DNA of 10,519 nucleotides from an uncultured Opitutales bacterium (lineage in GTDB: Bacteria; Verrucomicrobiota; Verrucomicrobiia; Opitutales; UBA9783). The position numbers and the translations under genes were made by a program. Below, in pieces: positions 8,304 through 10,519 of this stretch; position 1 is the stretch's first letter, and each line of letters opens with the position of its first letter. Location of the stretch: positions 1 to 10,519 of the forward strand of contig CAKUSQ010000006.1 of assembly GCA_934691225.1 (NCBI GenBank), in the 5' to 3' direction. The notes beneath the pieces were generated by a model that made no database searches, had not been told where the DNA came from, and was given only the letters and a program-made list of their open reading frames with translations.

Positions 8304-8531
8304 ATGAACGGTCATTTAAGGAAACACTATTTACTTTTAAGTGGATTTATAGGGTTTTTAATAACTTTTATATGGGGTGTTTTAAACCAAAAAGTTCCAC
8401 TTACAAACCTGTTTCATGCATCTTTAGGTGGAGGTATAAACCTAGGATTAATGCAAATTTTATTATGGATGAACAACAAGCATGAAAATCGAAACGCAAG
8501 GACTGCATTTAATTCCAACATAAACGATTAG
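8304..8531 (+). CDS. Hypothetical small membrane protein (2 TM), about 75 aa; the alternative TTG start at 8283 gives 82 aa
   Basis: MNGHLRKHYLLLSGFIGFLITFIWGVLNQKVPLTNLFHASLGGGINLGLMQILLWMNNKHENRNARTAFNSNIND. It has a basic N-terminus, two hydrophobic helices and a polar tail. It ends 11 nt before the fliA ATG. It has no SD and I recognise no homology. Confidence 0.45.
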   Translation: MNGHLRKHYLLLSGFIGFLITFIWGVLNQKVPLTNLFHASLGGGINLGLMQILLWMNNKHENRNARTAFNSNIND

Positions 8532-8542
8532 AAAGTTTAAAT

Positions 8543-9334
8543 ATGGATTTTATCGCAGAAAAAAACAAAACTAACATATCCACCTCTCATCAGTTATCAT
8601 CAACCAACAAACAAATTTTACCGGATTGGGAACTCGTCCGCCAATACTTACCTTTGTTAAAATCCATTGTGAGTAAAATGACTCCTAATTTCCCACCTTC
8701 AGCCGATCGGGAAAGTATTTTCACGATTGGTCTGTTAGGACTTATTGCTGCTACTCAGGCATACAACAAACAAACTTACAACGGATGTTTTGGAGCTTAT
8801 GCAAAAGTACGCATAAAAGGTGCACTATTAGACGAACTTCGACGACTAGATTGGTTGCCAAGATCAACGCGAACACGCATAAAATTATTCAAACAAAGGC
8901 TAAACCAATGTGAACAGTCGTTAAAAAGGCCTCTATCGAATGAAGAAATCTGTAATTATTTGCATATTTCTAAAAAAGAACTTATCCAATTAAAACAGCT
9001 TTCTAAACCGTTTGTTTTTGTTCCCTTAGATTTAAAGTCAGACATTGATAAAACGAACAATAAAAATTATACGCTTGAAGAAAAAATTTCCGATACTAAC
9101 CAAGTCAATGGTAGAGAAATTTGCGAAAAAAATGAACTAAAGCAAATATTAAAAGCACATTTAAAAGCGTTACCTAAAATGGTCCAACAAGTTTTTGCAT
9201 TGCATTACTATGAAGGTCTTCGTTTATCAGAAATTGCTGTTATATTTAAACTAAGCGAATCGCGCATAAGTCAAATTCACAGTGAAACTATTGTGAAATT
9301 GCGACAACGTCTTCTAAAATCACTTGAAAAATAA
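8543..9334 (+). CDS. fliA: RNA polymerase sigma-28 factor (FliA/WhiG family)
   Basis: 263 aa. It aligns by eye with E. coli FliA across several regions. Region 2: LVRQYLPLLKSIV...IGLLGLIAATQAYN...FGAYAKVRIKGALLDELRRLDWLPRSTR, with the DW.PRS signature. Region 4: LPKMVQQVFALHYYEGLRLSEIAVIFKLSESRISQIHSETIVKLRQRL. Confidence 0.9.
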   Translation: MDFIAEKNKTNISTSHQLSSTNKQILPDWELVRQYLPLLKSIVSKMTPNFPPSADRESIFTIGLLGLIAATQAYNKQTYNGCFGAYAKVRIKGALLDELRRLDWLPRSTRTRIKLFKQRLNQCEQSLKRPLSNEEICNYLHISKKELIQLKQLSKPFVFVPLDLKSDIDKTNNKNYTLEEKISDTNQVNGREICEKNELKQILKAHLKALPKMVQQVFALHYYEGLRLSEIAVIFKLSESRISQIHSETIVKLRQRLLKSLEK

Positions 9335-9371
9335 TACTTAGAAATAATTAAAACTTGCAATTTCAACAAAA

Positions 9372-9626
9372 ATGTTTGATATAAAATGTATGAACAAATG
9401 CGTATCTGAGTTAAGACAAGGAGAAACAGGATGTATCGCAAGTGTAAATCGTAATGATGCTTTAGGAATTCGGCTCATGGAGATGGGCCTTACACCAGGC
9501 ACAGCTGTTCAATTCATTCGAAAAGCTTCCAAACAAGGCCCTTTAGAGATCGCTGTTCGAGGTTATCGTTTAACCCTAGGACTTTCTGAAGCACAGTCCA
9601 TCTTAATTCATCAACCCCAAGCTTAA
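9372..9626 (+). CDS. feoA: Ferrous iron transport protein A (FeoA, SH3-like)
   Basis: 84 aa, or 78 aa from the ATG at 9390. The typical FeoA pattern is present: LSELRQGETGCIASV....LGIRLMEMGLTPGTAVQFIRKASKQGPLEIAVRGYRLTLGLSEAQSILI. It lies directly upstream of feoB. Confidence 0.85.
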   Translation: MFDIKCMNKCVSELRQGETGCIASVNRNDALGIRLMEMGLTPGTAVQFIRKASKQGPLEIAVRGYRLTLGLSEAQSILIHQPQA

Positions 9627-9631
9627 ATTTT

Positions 9632-10519
9632 TTGAATGTGATTGATAGCGTAGATAGAATAGTTTCAAAACAAATTTATATTATCGGCAATCCAAATGTC
9701 GGTAAAACGATGTTATTTAATGATCTCACCGATGCTAATGAAAAAATGGCTAATCTGTGTGGGATAACTATGGGAATTACGCCGGATGTTTTCTTCGACA
9801 GTTACGGTATTAGACACAAAGCTTTTGATTTTCCTGGAACTTATGGATTATCCGCTTACGCTCCTGAAGAACGCGAAGTTTGCAACGCTCTATTTGATGC
9901 CACAGATGACATTCGAATTTTGTACACGTTAGATGCAGAACACTTAGAACGAAATTTGTTTTTGGGAACACAAATCCTTGAATTAGGACTTCCGACATGT
10001 TTTGCAATAACACTTTCAGAACAAGCTTGCAATCGAGGACATTTCATCGATATTCCTCGGTTAGAACAAGCTCTTGGTGTTCCTGTAGTTTTAATCTCGG
10101 AACGTTTACGACAAAGAAAGCAGCAATTAAAAGATATTGTTACACTGGACAAATTTAAAGTAAACACATCTTTTCACGTAGACTTGCCAGAAAAAGTCAC
10201 TAATATTGTAAAAAGTTTATCGTCAGAAACCGACATAAGCAGCGTTTGGTGTTCGATTTTATTGTTTCAAGGAACAACTCAAAGAGAAGTTATTACAAAA
10301 GATAAAGAAAAATTATTTGTAAATGCTTGCAAAACAATTGATGAAATCGATCCTGACTGGAAATTAAAGTACATTGAATCTCGCTACCAAAAAATTGAAA
10401 AGTTTTTAGAAAATGTTATTGAATCGAATCCCTGCGAAAATAAAACGAATTGGGATAATTTGTTTTTACATAAGTTTTGGGGACCTGTTAGCATATTTAT
10501 AATTTTTTCAGGGTTACTT
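9632..10519 (+). CDS. feoB: Ferrous iron transporter FeoB: N-terminal G-domain plus helical domain and the start of the membrane domain. Partial; continues past the window end.
   Basis: Absent from the ORF track because it has no stop in the window. Frame 2 is open from 9590 to 10519. The only plausible starts are TTG 9632 or GTG 9638. It reads ...KQIYIIGNPNVGKTMLFNDLT (G1)...GITMG (G2)...FDFPGTYGLS (G3)...LDAEHLERNLFLGTQILELGLP...NWDNLFLHKFWGPVSIFIIF. This is collinear with E. coli FeoB (LIGNPNSGKTTLFNQLT...DLPGTYSL...NLERNLYLTLQLLELGIP...DKIVLNRFLGLPIFLFVM). The exact start is uncertain. Confidence 0.9.
   Translation, partial: MNVIDSVDRIVSKQIYIIGNPNVGKTMLFNDLTDANEKMANLCGITMGITPDVFFDSYGIRHKAFDFPGTYGLSAYAPEEREVCNALFDATDDIRILYTLDAEHLERNLFLGTQILELGLPTCFAITLSEQACNRGHFIDIPRLEQALGVPVVLISERLRQRKQQLKDIVTLDKFKVNTSFHVDLPEKVTNIVKSLSSETDISSVWCSILLFQGTTQREVITKDKEKLFVNACKTIDEIDPDWKLKYIESRYQKIEKFLENVIESNPCENKTNWDNLFLHKFWGPVSIFIIFSGLL

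Noticed and set aside
9335-9371. Possible Fur box or sigma-54 site in the fliA-feoA spacer (gaaataattaaaacttgcaatttc)
   Set aside because: Only about 8 of 19 positions match the GATAATGATAATCATTATC Fur consensus. The TTGCA has no GG 12 nt upstream. This is not distinguishable from the AT-rich background.
9681-9688. Perfect sigma-28 -10 element GCCGATAA on the minus strand (TTATCGGC on the + strand)
   Set aside because: It arises from the codons for IIG in the FeoB P-loop strand. No TAAA -35 element lies at the required spacing of about 15 nt. It would also drive transcription antisense into feoA.
9810-10167. Minus-strand ORFs 9810..10013 and 9856..10167
   Set aside because: They are antisense to the feoB G-domain, which is clearly coding on the + strand (G1-G3 motifs). 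These are shadow ORFs.
1-10519. Search for mobile elements, CRISPR arrays, tRNA or rRNA genes, long direct or inverted repeats, and defence or toxin-antitoxin modules
   Set aside because: None was seen by eye. Every large ORF is accounted for by a housekeeping or transport family, and the intergenic regions are short (37-398 bp). I cannot exclude small ncRNAs without covariance-model searches.

Overview
This is an AT-rich bacterial chromosomal segment, densely packed with housekeeping genes. In map order: the 3' part of dnaX (+), a 463-aa polytopic ion-transporter-like membrane protein (-), and a tightly overlapping minus-strand operon of MFS transporter, tyrS and rsmI. Then come pyruvate phosphate dikinase ppdK (-) with a clear intrinsic terminator, a 398-bp divergent control region, and a plus-strand cluster. 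That cluster holds a small 2-TM ORF, a sigma-28 (FliA/WhiG) factor, feoA and feoB, with feoB running off the 3' edge. I found no tRNA or rRNA genes, CRISPR arrays, IS or integrase remnants, long repeats or recognisable defence genes, and I cannot support a novel multi-gene system here. The strongest observation is in dnaX. The zero frame stops 3 codons after an A9 run that sits at the end of clamp-loader domain III. The -1 frame is closed until 4 nt before that run and then stays open for 123 more codons, ending in a tau-like C-terminal motif. This implies recoding (a ribosomal -1 shift or transcriptional slippage) in which tau, not gamma, is the shifted product, unless it is a homopolymer sequencing error. 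Secondary observations: a well-spaced sigma-54 -24/-12 match upstream of the small ORF and fliA; an orphan sigma-28 with no flagellar genes nearby, next to feoAB; a FeoB G-domain that lacks the NxxD (G4) motif; and a possible leaderless promoter for the transporter. The taxon cannot be assigned from the sequence alone. An orphan sigma-28 near tyrS in an AT-rich genome is weakly reminiscent of Chlamydiae-like or other host-associated bacteria. All homology calls come from by-eye motif comparison from memory, not from a database search.
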